Assembly: GCA_963676835.2 (NCBI GenBank)
Contig: CAXXFF010000003.1
Coordinates: 544,001-608,000, forward strand
Length of the DNA: 64,000 nucleotides
Reading direction: 5' to 3'
DNA from: Marispirochaeta sp.
Lineage (GTDB): Bacteria; Spirochaetota; Spirochaetia; JC444; Marispirochaetaceae
Shown piece by piece: positions 19,802 through 29,849 of the stretch. Within the stretch, counting starts at the first letter, position 1. Each line of letters begins with the position of its first letter. Below the pieces are notes generated by a model that worked only from the letters and a program-made list of their open reading frames with translations, ran no database searches and was not told the DNA's origin. The position numbers and the translations under genes were made by a program.

Positions 19802-20680
19802 AAGCACCGCCAATAGAACGGCAAATACAAGGTAGGCCCCGAATCTCTGCGGGGTCAGGACCATTTTCATGCCGCTTAAATTGGTTATCTTGGTTGCTGG
19901 TCCCGACAGCATAAAAGCCACTGCGCTTCCCGGACTCATTCCCCGGAGAAGCCATTCGGCAAGCAGCGGAACCGTTCCTCCTCCGCAGACATACAGAGGA
20001 ACTCCCAGTGCTGCGGCGGAGAGAACACAAAGCCCCCGGTTGGAACTGCCGAACAATTCCGCAACCATGTTATCCGGAACGTAGCGCTGATACAAAGCTG
20101 TAAGCAGTATGCCCAGGGCAAAATAAAGCCCGGTAGCCCTTATATTGCGGCCTATATTCAAGCACAGCCTGATTAGTATATTCGTATGCCGATCACGGCT
20201 TTCTGCTTTTCTGCTGAATTTTTCAAAGGAGAAAAATGGAGTGTCCTGAAAAAGAAGACCCACCAGGGCTCCCGCCGCAAGTCCACCTGCGATACTGAAA
20301 AAAAGACGAAAAAGAAGCATCTGTGTTCCCAATACCGCACTGTAGATTAAAAGCTGCGGATTCAACAGGACTGACGACATCATAAAAGCGGCCAGCCAGT
20401 CGTGACGCATACCCTTATTTGAAAAAGAAGCGGCCACCGGAATTGTTCCGAACAGACACAATGGAGAAAGCACTCCCAGAAACGCCGCTGGAACAAGACC
20501 AAAAACACCGAGCTGTTTATTCTGAAGCCGAAGAAATACCTGCTGAATTCTGTTTTTTACGAAAACAGAGACAAGAGACCCGATCAGAATTCCCAGCCCC
20601 CAGTATAGTGCAATAAGCTGCACCTGAAGGCTGAGATAATAGACAATATAGACCAGCTCTCGACGGAAAAGATCAACCAT
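19769..20680 (-). CDS. Predicted permease (DUF318/ArsP-like)
   Basis: SPLCLFGTIP, SSVLLNP, PLYVCGGGTVP, GPAT; ATG at 20680 overlaps the DUF362 stop. Confidence 0.85.
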   Translation of the reverse strand: MVDLFRRELVYIVYYLSLQVQLIALYWGLGILIGSLVSVFVKNRIQQVFLRLQNKQLGVFGLVPAAFLGVLSPLCLFGTIPVAASFSNKGMRHDWLAAFMMSSVLLNPQLLIYSAVLGTQMLLFRLFFSIAGGLAAGALVGLLFQDTPFFSFEKFSRKAESRDRHTNILIRLCLNIGRNIRATGLYFALGILLTALYQRYVPDNMVAELFGSSNRGLCVLSAAALGVPLYVCGGGTVPLLAEWLLRGMSPGSAVAFMLSGPATKITNLSGMKMVLTPQRFGAYLVFAVLLAVLSGILVNLLVP

Positions 20681-21710
20681 CCACCGAAACCAGGTGATAC
20701 TCCTGTATTCCCAGCCCCAGAGACTCGGCATGATCGAGAATATGTGCTCCGTTGCGGGACTCCATGCGCTCTATCAGGTCATGACCATCATGAGCAGCAT
20801 ACACCAGGTCGACACAGGCACGGTCGAGGGCCACAGGATCGAGTGAGGCAAGGATACCTACATCGGCCATTGTTGGCGGAGCCGGACTGTTGTCACAGTC
20901 ACAGTCAACCGAGAGATTGTTCATTACATTTATATAGACTATGTTATCTCCCATGGCCTGCATAATTGCACCGGAAGCTTCTGCCATGGATTCAAGAAAG
21001 TCATCCTGAACGGTGTTTCTGAAAATCGGAAAAATATCCTTGAGATTTCTCGATTTTCCGGCACTGTGAATCCAGGTTTTACCTTCCGCCGAAGCAAAAC
21101 CAATGGAAATATTTTTTAAGGACCCTCCGAATCCGCCCATGGCATGTCCCTTGAAATGGGTGAGTATAAGATAGGAATCATAGTCAGCGAAATGGGAACC
21201 GACAAAATCCTCTTTTAAATGCACACCATCGGGAAACGGCAGAGAGATATCGCCTTCTTCGTCAAGCAGGTCAAAAGGAGCAATTGCAGTAAACCCGTGG
21301 TCTACAGCAACCTGTTTATGCATGGCAGAAGAGGAACGCGGGCCTCCATAGGCAGTGTTTGCCTCAACAATAGTACCATCGAGTCTCTGCACCAGCTCTT
21401 TAATCAGTTGAGGATCGAGAAAATTATGTCCCCCCGGCTCCCCGGTCGAAAGTTTTACTCCCACCTTACCGCCCAGATCACGCTCAAGGACTTCATACAT
21501 CTTCACAAGTGCTTCCGATGTAATTTCACTGGTCATAAAAACTTGAGGAATCTCCGGTGCAGCAGCATCCGGTGTGTTATCTGCTGTGGCCGGAGTTGCC
21601 GGGTCTGGAACATCGCTGCCGCCGGACCCGCTGAATACCACAATTGCGATAAAAACGGCCGCCAGAGCGAATACCAGCGAAATACCCCTTACTACTCTAT
21701 TCCTGCTCAT
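20673..21710 (-). CDS. DUF362 domain protein with N-terminal membrane anchor
   Basis: VKLSTGEPG, HFKGHAMGGFGG.LKN, VDCDC, SLDPVALD.AC. Confidence 0.88.
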   Translation of the reverse strand: MSRNRVVRGISLVFALAAVFIAIVVFSGSGGSDVPDPATPATADNTPDAAAPEIPQVFMTSEITSEALVKMYEVLERDLGGKVGVKLSTGEPGGHNFLDPQLIKELVQRLDGTIVEANTAYGGPRSSSAMHKQVAVDHGFTAIAPFDLLDEEGDISLPFPDGVHLKEDFVGSHFADYDSYLILTHFKGHAMGGFGGSLKNISIGFASAEGKTWIHSAGKSRNLKDIFPIFRNTVQDDFLESMAEASGAIMQAMGDNIVYINVMNNLSVDCDCDNSPAPPTMADVGILASLDPVALDRACVDLVYAAHDGHDLIERMESRNGAHILDHAESLGLGIQEYHLVSVDG

Positions 21711-21877
21711 TTACTCCTCCTGCATTTTACATACAATGGTACCGGTACTGCTGTTTTTCCATAAGTTGCCGGGGTAATTCATTTACCCGCTGTGAATATG
21801 ACCACAGTAATACTGTGCACGGGAAAAAATATGATTTAAGGAACTTCAAGCTCCCGGTATGATTAGTATATTATTCC

Positions 21878-23167
21878 ATGGAGTACAGAGACATACAGGA
21901 GAGAATTCCTTTGCATTCTTCCATCGATTTTAAAAGCAATCTGCGGCTCATGACAATATTGATTTTCATAACCCTGCAGATTCCGCTGCAATACTTTTCC
22001 ATATACCATAAATACCCGCTGCCCGAAGGTGCACCGGAATGGATTAAGCATTTCATTATAGCAGTCTCTGTTCTGTACCTTGCTTTGGAAATTTTAGAGT
22101 ATAAACTGTGGAATTACCGGTATGCAAAGCGCACAATCCCGTTAGGGCTGTTCTCCTTCAGAACAGCCCTGCTCCTGGTAATAATTCTCGCAGGAAAATA
22201 CAGTCCTGACCATACAATCCTGAGTATGTTCATTATCCTGCTTGTGTTTTACTCCTACGACGCATTTGCATTTCCCCTTGGGCTTACACTCTGTATCCTT
22301 ACATCCGGAACGTTCTTCACCCTGGGGCTGATTGATGTATACCGGGATGATTCCCAGTATCCGGTCATTGTAACTACCTACCGCTCGCTTATTATGGTTC
22401 TCTTTTATCTGTTCGCCTATTTCTGGAACAAAGACCGGGAATACAGCGACCGTAACAGAGCCTTGGTGGAAGAGCTGAATACCTCGGAGAAAAACCTGCA
22501 GGAATATGCCCGCCGGGTGGGCCAGACAGCAGCACTTGAAGAGCGGACCAGGCTTGCCCGGGATATTCACGATTCTGTGGGCCATGCCCTGACAGCAATT
22601 CAGATTCAGCTTTCAAAAGCGGAGGCGTATTTTTCACTGAACCAGGAGGAGAGCCGCCAGGCAGTGGTGGATGCCAATAAAACAGCCAAAGACGCAATGA
22701 CAGATGTACGTGAATCGCTGAATATTCTGAACAGCGATAAAAACATAAGCTTCTCCATTGAGCGGGAGCTTAAACCTTTGCTGGACACCCTGACAAAAGC
22801 CGGACACAGTATTACCTGGAATATAGAAGGTGATTACAGCACATATAACTATGCGGTGCTTATTACATTGTTTCGGGTCATACAGGAAGGGGTTACCAAT
22901 ATCCTAAAACATGCCGGTATCTGTGATGTATATCTAAACATCGATTTCGGCAGAGATAAAGCAACCTGTATACTGAAGGACACAGGCAGTGGCTTTAAAC
23001 CGGCAGATGCCGGAGGAGACGGCCATTTCGGTCTGAATGGTCTTGCAAACAGAGTAGCCCTGGTACGCGGCTCTTTTAAAATAAATAGTTCCCCCGGCAC
23101 AGGCTGCACTCTTACGACCGTGCTTCCGAAAGACCCGGTAAGCCTTATAGGATACGACCATGGCTGA
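21878..23167 (+). CDS. Sensor histidine kinase (HisKA_3 type)
   Basis: EERTRLARDIHDSVGH, QEGVTNILKHA, DTGSGF, FGL.GL, PGTGC. Confidence 0.93.
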   Translation: MEYRDIQERIPLHSSIDFKSNLRLMTILIFITLQIPLQYFSIYHKYPLPEGAPEWIKHFIIAVSVLYLALEILEYKLWNYRYAKRTIPLGLFSFRTALLLVIILAGKYSPDHTILSMFIILLVFYSYDAFAFPLGLTLCILTSGTFFTLGLIDVYRDDSQYPVIVTTYRSLIMVLFYLFAYFWNKDREYSDRNRALVEELNTSEKNLQEYARRVGQTAALEERTRLARDIHDSVGHALTAIQIQLSKAEAYFSLNQEESRQAVVDANKTAKDAMTDVRESLNILNSDKNISFSIERELKPLLDTLTKAGHSITWNIEGDYSTYNYAVLITLFRVIQEGVTNILKHAGICDVYLNIDFGRDKATCILKDTGSGFKPADAGGDGHFGLNGLANRVALVRGSFKINSSPGTGCTLTTVLPKDPVSLIGYDHG

Positions 23168-23846
23168 TGTTCAGGTGATTATTGTAGATGACCAACGGCT
23201 GGTGCGGGAGGGAATCGCGTCTCTCCTGAACATCCAGGAGGGTATTACTGTTATCGGCACCGCTGAGAACGGCCGGGACGGTGTAATGCTTGCCACAGAG
23301 TTGCATCCGGATATTATTCTCATGGACATCCGCATGCCCGTCATGGACGGTATTCAGGCAGTGGAGAATCTTAACCGCAAAGGTTATAAGGGCAAAGTAA
23401 TTATGCTTACCACCTTTGATGATGAAGAGTACATTCTCAAATCCCTCCAGGCAGGGGCCGTGGGGTATCTGATGAAAGATATACCATCGGAAGATCTCGC
23501 CCGCGCAGTAAAGCAGGCGTATAACGGTGTATTTCAGATGACCCGACGGGTAATGGATTCTCTGGTTCAAACCATAAACCGAACACACGAAGAAGAAGAG
23601 GAGCTGTCTGAAATTCCGGGTCACCAGATGAAGATGATCAATGAGCTTTCGGTACGGGAGAAAGAGGTTTTTACAGCCATAGGAAAGGGATTAACCAACA
23701 ACGAGATAGCTGAATCTCTCTACCTGTCGGAAGGAACCATTAAAAATTATGTATCATCCATCTTCACATCCCTGGGATTGCGGGACAGAGTCCAGGCGGC
23801 TTTAGTTGCCGCCCGTTATATGAAAAATGCAGACAGCCCGGATTAA
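23160..23846 (+). CDS. NarL/LuxR family response regulator
   Basis: IVDDQ, LMDIRMP, LTTFDD, LSVREKEV...LSEGTIKNYVS. Confidence 0.95.
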   Translation: MADVQVIIVDDQRLVREGIASLLNIQEGITVIGTAENGRDGVMLATELHPDIILMDIRMPVMDGIQAVENLNRKGYKGKVIMLTTFDDEEYILKSLQAGAVGYLMKDIPSEDLARAVKQAYNGVFQMTRRVMDSLVQTINRTHEEEEELSEIPGHQMKMINELSVREKEVFTAIGKGLTNNEIAESLYLSEGTIKNYVSSIFTSLGLRDRVQAALVAARYMKNADSPD

Positions 23847-23871
23847 GACTGTCTGCTGAATCAGCAGATTA

Positions 23872-25059
23872 TCAATCTATACTCTGGAAATACTCGTTAT
23901 CCACAGGGTCCAGCCACCTATCTTCTTCCCCGCTGTCAACGGGAATAATCACGGTAATGTGGGCAAACCACTCTCCCGGAGCTGATCCGTGCCAGTGAGT
24001 AACTCCTGGCTGTATAACCACCGAATTTCCAGCCTTCAGCTTGCGGGGCTCACCGCCCTCTTCCTGATAGTAGCCGTGACCAAGGGTTGGGAGAAGAATC
24101 TGAATGTAACTGTGAGCATGCCAGGTGGTACGGGTATTCGGCGCAAAGGTAACATTTACAATGGGAACATCACCGGCACCTTCGAAGGGAACCAGAGGTC
24201 CCACCCAGGCATCGCCAGTAAAGATCTGTGCATTGTCGCTCAGTCTGCCTCTGGGAAAGATTTCCGGAATATAGGTATATCCACCGCTTTCCGGCCGGGG
24301 ACCTGATGCAGCGCCATTTCTGCGGGCCAGAACCTGTTCCAGTACAACAGCAGCATTATCTCCCTGTTCGGTTCCACGCTCACTGCGAATAAGCTCTACC
24401 AGATGCAGCATCTGCCCCTCACTGACACCGGTATTCATAGCCGCATTCATATGAAAAAGCTGCTGTGAATTGGTTCCTTCAAGACTTGCAAGAACACCTA
24501 CGGTGGCCAGTTCCCTCATGGTGAAAGAGAGATTATCCCGGCCGAAGATATCGGCAAAAAGGTGCTCTTTGAGAAAAGCATCCATAGCAGCATTGTAGCC
24601 GTTGGTGCCGGCTTTCTGCTGTTGAAAAGGGAAGCCCATCAGGATACCGAGATTTTCTACTCCCAGACCGTAGCGGTCAGTATCGGAAGGAAGAAAATCC
24701 GGCTCTACACCGAAGGAATCGGTAAGCCCCTTCTCCTGCCGTTCCTTGAGGACAGCGCTCAACGCACCCATACCGTTGAGACTGCGGGGAAAGCCTGCAT
24801 AGGCATAGAGCTGAAGCAGAACTTCACCGGTTTCATTTACCGTTAAGCCGGCATCCAGCCCCTCGTTTAATACACGTACAAGATTATCCATGTCCCCTGC
24901 GGCAGCATGGGCGGCAATTGCCACAACCTTCTGCTGCCTCAGAGTAAGGGGATCATCAAAAGCAAGCTCCTGCTCTCCCCGGGCGAATAATGTTGCAGTG
25001 GTGAATAATAAAAATACAGTAAAACCAGCCGCGAAAAGTCTGCTGACTGCTTTGCTCAT
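23872..25059 (-). CDS. Exported CMD-CMD-cupin fusion protein
   Basis: Signal peptide ending LFARGEQE; YAYAGFPRSLN, EHLFADIFGR, NVTFAP..RT.WH.H, HWHG; ATG at 25059 with GGAGG RBS. Confidence 0.85.
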   Translation of the reverse strand: MSKAVSRLFAAGFTVFLLFTTATLFARGEQELAFDDPLTLRQQKVVAIAAHAAAGDMDNLVRVLNEGLDAGLTVNETGEVLLQLYAYAGFPRSLNGMGALSAVLKERQEKGLTDSFGVEPDFLPSDTDRYGLGVENLGILMGFPFQQQKAGTNGYNAAMDAFLKEHLFADIFGRDNLSFTMRELATVGVLASLEGTNSQQLFHMNAAMNTGVSEGQMLHLVELIRSERGTEQGDNAAVVLEQVLARRNGAASGPRPESGGYTYIPEIFPRGRLSDNAQIFTGDAWVGPLVPFEGAGDVPIVNVTFAPNTRTTWHAHSYIQILLPTLGHGYYQEEGGEPRKLKAGNSVVIQPGVTHWHGSAPGEWFAHITVIIPVDSGEEDRWLDPVDNEYFQSID

Positions 25060-25093
25060 ATGGATCCTCCAATAAATCAATACTCTTGATAAG

Positions 25094-25160
25094 AAAGTAA
25101 AATCTATCGGTGGAAAAAGGCAGTGAGCATGTTCATATTGAAACATGACTTCCGTCATGT
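25094..25160 (-). promoter_or_regulatory. Conserved regulatory element, copy 1: TACTTT (-10-like) plus tandem palindromes
   Basis: Plus strand reads AAAGTA-N19-GGCAGTGA-N6-TCAT-N7-CATGAC-N4-GTCAT; identical architecture at 28996-29060. Confidence 0.7.
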
Positions 25161-25171
25161 GAGAATCAAAG

Positions 25172-25651
25172 TTACTGCTTTTCGATCTTTATAATTCCGG
25201 ACATTTCCCGGATATACTCTTCACCGGAGACGCAAGTCCCCAATTCATATAGACCGGAGGCGGTACCGAAATCCTTATAAAACATGACAACATCGCCCCA
25301 GGGAGCGTAGTAGGCCAGAGTGCCTGTCTTTGCATTTGCCCTCGGAGTATCTACAGTATTCAGTTTTTCCGGTGGATAGAATATCTTCTCATCCGTACTG
25401 TAATCCTGCACCTCAATAGTCATTGGCAGCTGATTGTATAAATCCTTTGCAGCCTGACTGCTGTTAAGCTCGTATACTGTGATTTTTTCATTTGCTGTAA
25501 CAGTGATTTTCATTTCTGTTTTATCCTCCACAAGGTTGGTTTTATCGGTGGCATTGCTATGTACCGGGGATGCCTGCGCCTTTTCATTAACACAGGAAGG
25601 AAGCCCCCCTGCAAGCAATACCAGCAGAAATGCAGTTATAATCCGTCGCAT
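25172..25651 (-). CDS. Cyclophilin-like fold lipoprotein
   Basis: Lipobox LPSC; QLP.TI, EKIFYPP, LAYYAPWGDVVMFY. Confidence 0.85.
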   Translation of the reverse strand: MRRIITAFLLVLLAGGLPSCVNEKAQASPVHSNATDKTNLVEDKTEMKITVTANEKITVYELNSSQAAKDLYNQLPMTIEVQDYSTDEKIFYPPEKLNTVDTPRANAKTGTLAYYAPWGDVVMFYKDFGTASGLYELGTCVSGEEYIREMSGIIKIEKQ

Positions 25652-25688
25652 AGTCTCACTCCTTTTAAGCATACAGCAAGATACCTCT

Positions 25689-26855
25689 CTATTTTTTCAG
25701 GAATTCCTGTATGCCGAATTTAAACCGCCCAAGGGCGTCCTGCAGAACCGATCGGGGGCAAGCAGTATTCATACGCAAAAAGCCCCGGCCTCCGGTTCCG
25801 TAGTGACCACCGTCGGTGAGGTACAAACCGGTACGCTCCCGCAGATACAGGTAGAGTTCGTCGCTGTCGGCACAAATTTTCCGGCAGTCAATCCATAACA
25901 GGTAGGTTGCTTCCGAGGGAACAACCGTTAGTTCCGGAAGATGCTCTTTGACAAAAGAACGTACCAACAATTTGTTCTGATACAGATATTCCCGTAATTG
26001 ATCCAACCACGGCTCACCTTCATTAAAGGCGGCGAGAACCGCAGTCACTGCAAAAGAATTGGGCTCCGCCACCTCATCGGTATTCAGCCCCCGGTTAACC
26101 TTATGCCGCAGATTCTTATTGGGAACAACAACCGCCGCAGAGTGAATCCCCGCAAGATTAAACGCCTTTGTCGGAGCAATACAGGTAATACTATTCTCCC
26201 GGCAGGCTTCCGAAACTGAAGCAAAGGGAATATATTCTTCACCTGGATCAGTCAGGTCGCAGTGAATCTCATCGGAGATTACTATCACGTGGTTTTCCCT
26301 GCAGAGCTTTCCTATTCTTCCAAGGGTTTCCCGGTCCCATATTCTGCCAACCGGATTATGGGGATTGCAAAGTATCATGAGATTGGTCTGGGGATCGCTC
26401 AGCTTTATTTCCAGATCTGCAAAATCGATTGAATATTGGCTCCCGTCATAGTGCAGAGGCGACTCAAGAACCTGCCGCCCGTTATTGACAATGGAATTAT
26501 AGAAAATGTTATATACCGGACTCTGGATAAGGACTTTTTCACCTACCGTAGTAAGCTTCCGGACAATGCTGGAAATTGCAGGCACAACACCTGTACAGAA
26601 AAGAAGCCAGTCCCGGGAAATGCCAAAGGAGTGTCTTCGTTTCCACCAGGAAACATAGGCGTTGTCCCACTGATCGGGAATAATACCATAGCCGAAAACA
26701 CCATGATCTATACGCTCCCGAAATGCCTGTTTGATCTCCGGTGCGGTCTGAAAATCCATATCCGCAACCCACAGGGGCAGCTCGTTTTCTGCAACATCCC
26801 ATTTATAGCTGTCGGTGTCCCTGCGGTTTACAGACTGATCAAAATCATAGTTCAT
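25689..26855 (-). CDS. MalY/PatB family PLP-dependent C-S lyase (cystathionine beta-lyase-like)
   Basis: LPLWVADMDF, CNPHNPVG, ISDEIH, APTKAFN, RMN.ACPR. Confidence 0.93.
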   Translation of the reverse strand: MNYDFDQSVNRRDTDSYKWDVAENELPLWVADMDFQTAPEIKQAFRERIDHGVFGYGIIPDQWDNAYVSWWKRRHSFGISRDWLLFCTGVVPAISSIVRKLTTVGEKVLIQSPVYNIFYNSIVNNGRQVLESPLHYDGSQYSIDFADLEIKLSDPQTNLMILCNPHNPVGRIWDRETLGRIGKLCRENHVIVISDEIHCDLTDPGEEYIPFASVSEACRENSITCIAPTKAFNLAGIHSAAVVVPNKNLRHKVNRGLNTDEVAEPNSFAVTAVLAAFNEGEPWLDQLREYLYQNKLLVRSFVKEHLPELTVVPSEATYLLWIDCRKICADSDELYLYLRERTGLYLTDGGHYGTGGRGFLRMNTACPRSVLQDALGRFKFGIQEFLKK

Positions 26856-27727
26856 CAAATCGCTTTGGCAAGCTCATCCGCTTCTGAATGGCAGATAATT
26901 CTGGTTTTTTCAGTATCAACACTCTCATCATCAAGAGTTATCTCACCTATGCTGTCGGCACGGATAATTCCCCCTGCGGGATTTTTTATGCTGTCGATCT
27001 TTCCGTTAACTTCAACATCAACAGTAGAATATTCGAATGCCAGTGTAGTATTGAGCAGTGTACAGTCCTTCATTACCAGATTGTCGATATAACACATACC
27101 CTGCAGACTCTCTATAGTGCAGTTTATCAGCGTAAGATTCTTTGAGTTCCAGCCAAGGTATTCGCTGGTAATAAACGAATCATATACCGTTACATTTTCA
27201 CTGTTCCAGAATGCATCTTTGGTAATGAGCCTGGCATTTTGAATGTCAGCATTTTTCACACCGTCAAAACAGTAGCCGCCAACCAGGGACAATCCCCGGA
27301 CGGTGATATCTTCGCTGTTCATGGCAAAATAGTCGCCTTTCGCACTAATATTTTCCAGTGTCACATCCCGACAGTTCCATAATGTTTCAGCCGCATTGGA
27401 CATAGTAACATTTCTCATACTGACACCATTGCAGCGCCGGAAGTTCTTGGGAGCTTCAATAATACTGTCAGAAACGCTTATATTATTGCTGTACCATACA
27501 CCCGCTCTCGCCATTTCCATCCAGGTACATTCATTCAGTGTAATGTCATTGCTGTACCAGACAGGATATTTCCACTTGAAAATACTCTTGTCCAACTCTA
27601 TTCGTCGGCATTCCTTTACAGGAGATTCTCCGTCCTCAAATATTGATTCGGTAACAAGCAGATCCTGTTCCTGAAAAAGCGACCTTTCCCCGGAGAATGT
27701 CCTCTGCTGTATTATGCGTGTATTCAT
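26855..27727 (-). CDS. DUF3737 family protein
   Basis: GERSLF, DGESP.KE, WKYP.W, KDAFW, EYLGW, QGMCY, LAFEYS. Confidence 0.88.
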   Translation of the reverse strand: MNTRIIQQRTFSGERSLFQEQDLLVTESIFEDGESPVKECRRIELDKSIFKWKYPVWYSNDITLNECTWMEMARAGVWYSNNISVSDSIIEAPKNFRRCNGVSMRNVTMSNAAETLWNCRDVTLENISAKGDYFAMNSEDITVRGLSLVGGYCFDGVKNADIQNARLITKDAFWNSENVTVYDSFITSEYLGWNSKNLTLINCTIESLQGMCYIDNLVMKDCTLLNTTLAFEYSTVDVEVNGKIDSIKNPAGGIIRADSIGEITLDDESVDTEKTRIICHSEADELAKAI

Positions 27728-27755
27728 GCTGTTTACCTCTAATAAGTCTAATTAA

Positions 27756-27786
27756 AATGTACTAGTTGGAGTCAACTCCAGGTCAA
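27756..27786 (-). promoter_or_regulatory. MerR-type promoter (TTGACC-N19-TACATT) with TGGAG-N4-CTCCA operator in the spacer
   Basis: Minus strand reads ttgacc tggagttgactccaactag tacatt, upstream of DUF3737-malY. Confidence 0.85.
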
Positions 27787-27814
27787 GAGGAAGAACCGGT
27801 TTTATCGTCAAAAA

Positions 27815-27844
27815 CGGAGCCACCTTCTGGTTGAAGGGGCTCCG
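27815..27844 (-). terminator. Probable terminator after the hydrolase gene
   Basis: CGGAGC.ACCTTC...GAAGG.GCTCCG stem with a T-run on the minus strand. Confidence 0.6.
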
Positions 27845-27874
27845 GCATAGAACGGTTCAGGACTTTTTATAGAT

Positions 27875-28939
27875 CTAAAGGTTTTCAGAGAAGAAAGAAT
27901 CCATTTTTTCAAAAGGAATAAGATCTTCCTTATCGTACAAATCTACATGTCCCGCACCGGGAACAATCACCAGCTCCTTGGGTTCCGCTGCCCTGGCATA
28001 TGCCTCTTCGGTAAAATAGCGTGAGTGTGCATTCTCTCCCATAATAAAAAGGATAGGCCTGGGAGAAATGGTATCAATATAGCTCAACAGAGGAAAATTC
28101 ATAAAAGACATGGCACTGGTCACTGTGAAGTTATCCACAACATTGGGATGCCAGCCCCTTTCCATGGCATAGTACTCAAAAAATTCAGCAGCTACCGGAG
28201 GGAGTCCTTCGGGAACAGAATCCATGGGTTCCGGGGGAAATCCACGAGAAGGCATTGCAGGATAACCATTCTCAAAATCGGTCCAGCGCTGCTGACTCAG
28301 CTGTTCCAGGGTCTGGTTCCGCTGATCATCTGTGAGGTAATACCCCAAACCATCACGAATAAAGCTGCTTATATCGTACATGCTTGTAGTAGCTACAGCC
28401 TTGATTCGTTTATCAACCTGGGCTGCAGTAAGGGAGAAACCACCGCTTCCGCAGATTCCGATGACACCGATCCGTTCCCGGTCAACAAAAGGAAGGGTTC
28501 CAAGAAAGTCTACACCGGCACTGAAATCTTCTACAAAGAAATCCGGAGAAGAAACATCCCTGGGAAATCCTCCGCTCTCACCGTTAAAGGATTCATCGAA
28601 AGCAATAGCCACATAACCGCGCTCCGCCATGTTCATTCCATAGATTCCCGCGCCTTGCTCTTTTACCCCGCCATAGGGAGTTCCGACAAGGAGAGCCGGA
28701 TATTTTTTACTCCGGTCAATGTCTGCAGGCAGAAACATATGTCCTGCAATGGTAATTCCATAACGGTTTTTGTACTGAACCGGTTCAAGAATTACATCAT
28801 TCCGCAAATCATAAGTCAGGTACATTGATTCCACGGATTTTATCATTTCTGGAGCTTGTGCCCCTTGAGTGCTGGCACAACCGAGAAAAAGTAGTGCAGG
28901 CACTGCAATAAACAGTACTGAAAGTAATTTTCGTTTCAT
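27875..28939 (-). CDS. Alpha/beta hydrolase (YcjY-like), lipoprotein
   Basis: Lipobox LFLGC; PYGGVKEQ, GICGSGG nucleophile elbow (Cys), GAGHVDLYD. Confidence 0.9.
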   Translation of the reverse strand: MKRKLLSVLFIAVPALLFLGCASTQGAQAPEMIKSVESMYLTYDLRNDVILEPVQYKNRYGITIAGHMFLPADIDRSKKYPALLVGTPYGGVKEQGAGIYGMNMAERGYVAIAFDESFNGESGGFPRDVSSPDFFVEDFSAGVDFLGTLPFVDRERIGVIGICGSGGFSLTAAQVDKRIKAVATTSMYDISSFIRDGLGYYLTDDQRNQTLEQLSQQRWTDFENGYPAMPSRGFPPEPMDSVPEGLPPVAAEFFEYYAMERGWHPNVVDNFTVTSAMSFMNFPLLSYIDTISPRPILFIMGENAHSRYFTEEAYARAAEPKELVIVPGAGHVDLYDKEDLIPFEKMDSFFSENL

Positions 28940-28995
28940 GTGACCACCTCTCACTGATCCTGCTGCTGAAATGCAGCAGCCTCTATATGCACTTC

Positions 28996-29060
28996 AAAGT
29001 AACTTTGAAAGAAAACTTTTGGCAGTGAACCGTATCATTTTCCGCCATGACCCCGGTCAT
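28996..29060 (-). promoter_or_regulatory. Conserved regulatory element, copy 2
   Basis: AAAGTA-N19-GGCAGTGA-N6-TCAT-N7-CATGAC-N4-GTCAT, same spacing as 25094-25160. Confidence 0.7.
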
Positions 29061-29174
29061 ACTCAGATATGGCCGTGTCTGGCCCCGGCTTATGCCGCAC
29101 CAGACAGAGCCGTATTGCAGCAGGAATGTATCGGAGGATAAAAAAGCAATTAAGGGAGTATCATGTAACGGCAG

Positions 29175-29849
29175 TTAAAACCCCAGAGAACCGAGCCACA
29201 TGTTGATATCGTCCTCCGAAGCAGCTGTTTCGGACCGGTAAACACCAATTTCCTGCTTCAAGACCGTACGGGAAGGAAGAATCGACTTAAGATCCCGAAT
29301 AGTCCGGGCTTTGCCGCTGGTGCCGTGAGAGACAAAGGGAATTATAGTTTTCCCCTCAAAATCATGACTCTCTACAAAATTCGCCACCGCCATGGGAATA
29401 GTGTACCACCAGGTGGGAAACCCCAGAAAAACCACATCATACTCAGCCATATTCTGAACATATCCTGCCATCTCAGGTTTTACTTTCCGCGCCTTTTCAC
29501 GGGATGCCCGATCAAGACACTCATCCCAGTAACAGGAATACTTATCAACCACCTTAATGGAATAAAGATCCCCGCCGGTTCTCTCCTGAATCCATCCTGC
29601 AAGCCTGGCGGTATTCCCCGGAGGAACAACACTTGCTGATGTAACACCATCAACTGCCGCCCTGTTTTCCATACTGAAAACATGACCGTTCGCCTCTCGT
29701 ACGGCCCTTTCCCGATCAAGAATCACGGTGTTATCCGCCCAGGTGAAATAGGCGATAAGAATGCGGTCTTCAGCCTGAACAGTCGAACCGAGAATTGAAA
29801 CAAATAGGATACAAAGTAAAGCAGCAGTTTTTACTGGTTGTAATATCAT
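29175..29849 (-). CDS. Flavodoxin-like protein with signal peptide
   Basis: AQA-like cleavage site (VQA-ED); ILIAYFTW, GNT..LA, FLGFPTWW, IPFVSHG. Confidence 0.85.
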   Translation of the reverse strand: MILQPVKTAALLCILFVSILGSTVQAEDRILIAYFTWADNTVILDRERAVREANGHVFSMENRAAVDGVTSASVVPPGNTARLAGWIQERTGGDLYSIKVVDKYSCYWDECLDRASREKARKVKPEMAGYVQNMAEYDVVFLGFPTWWYTIPMAVANFVESHDFEGKTIIPFVSHGTSGKARTIRDLKSILPSRTVLKQEIGVYRSETAASEDDINMWLGSLGF

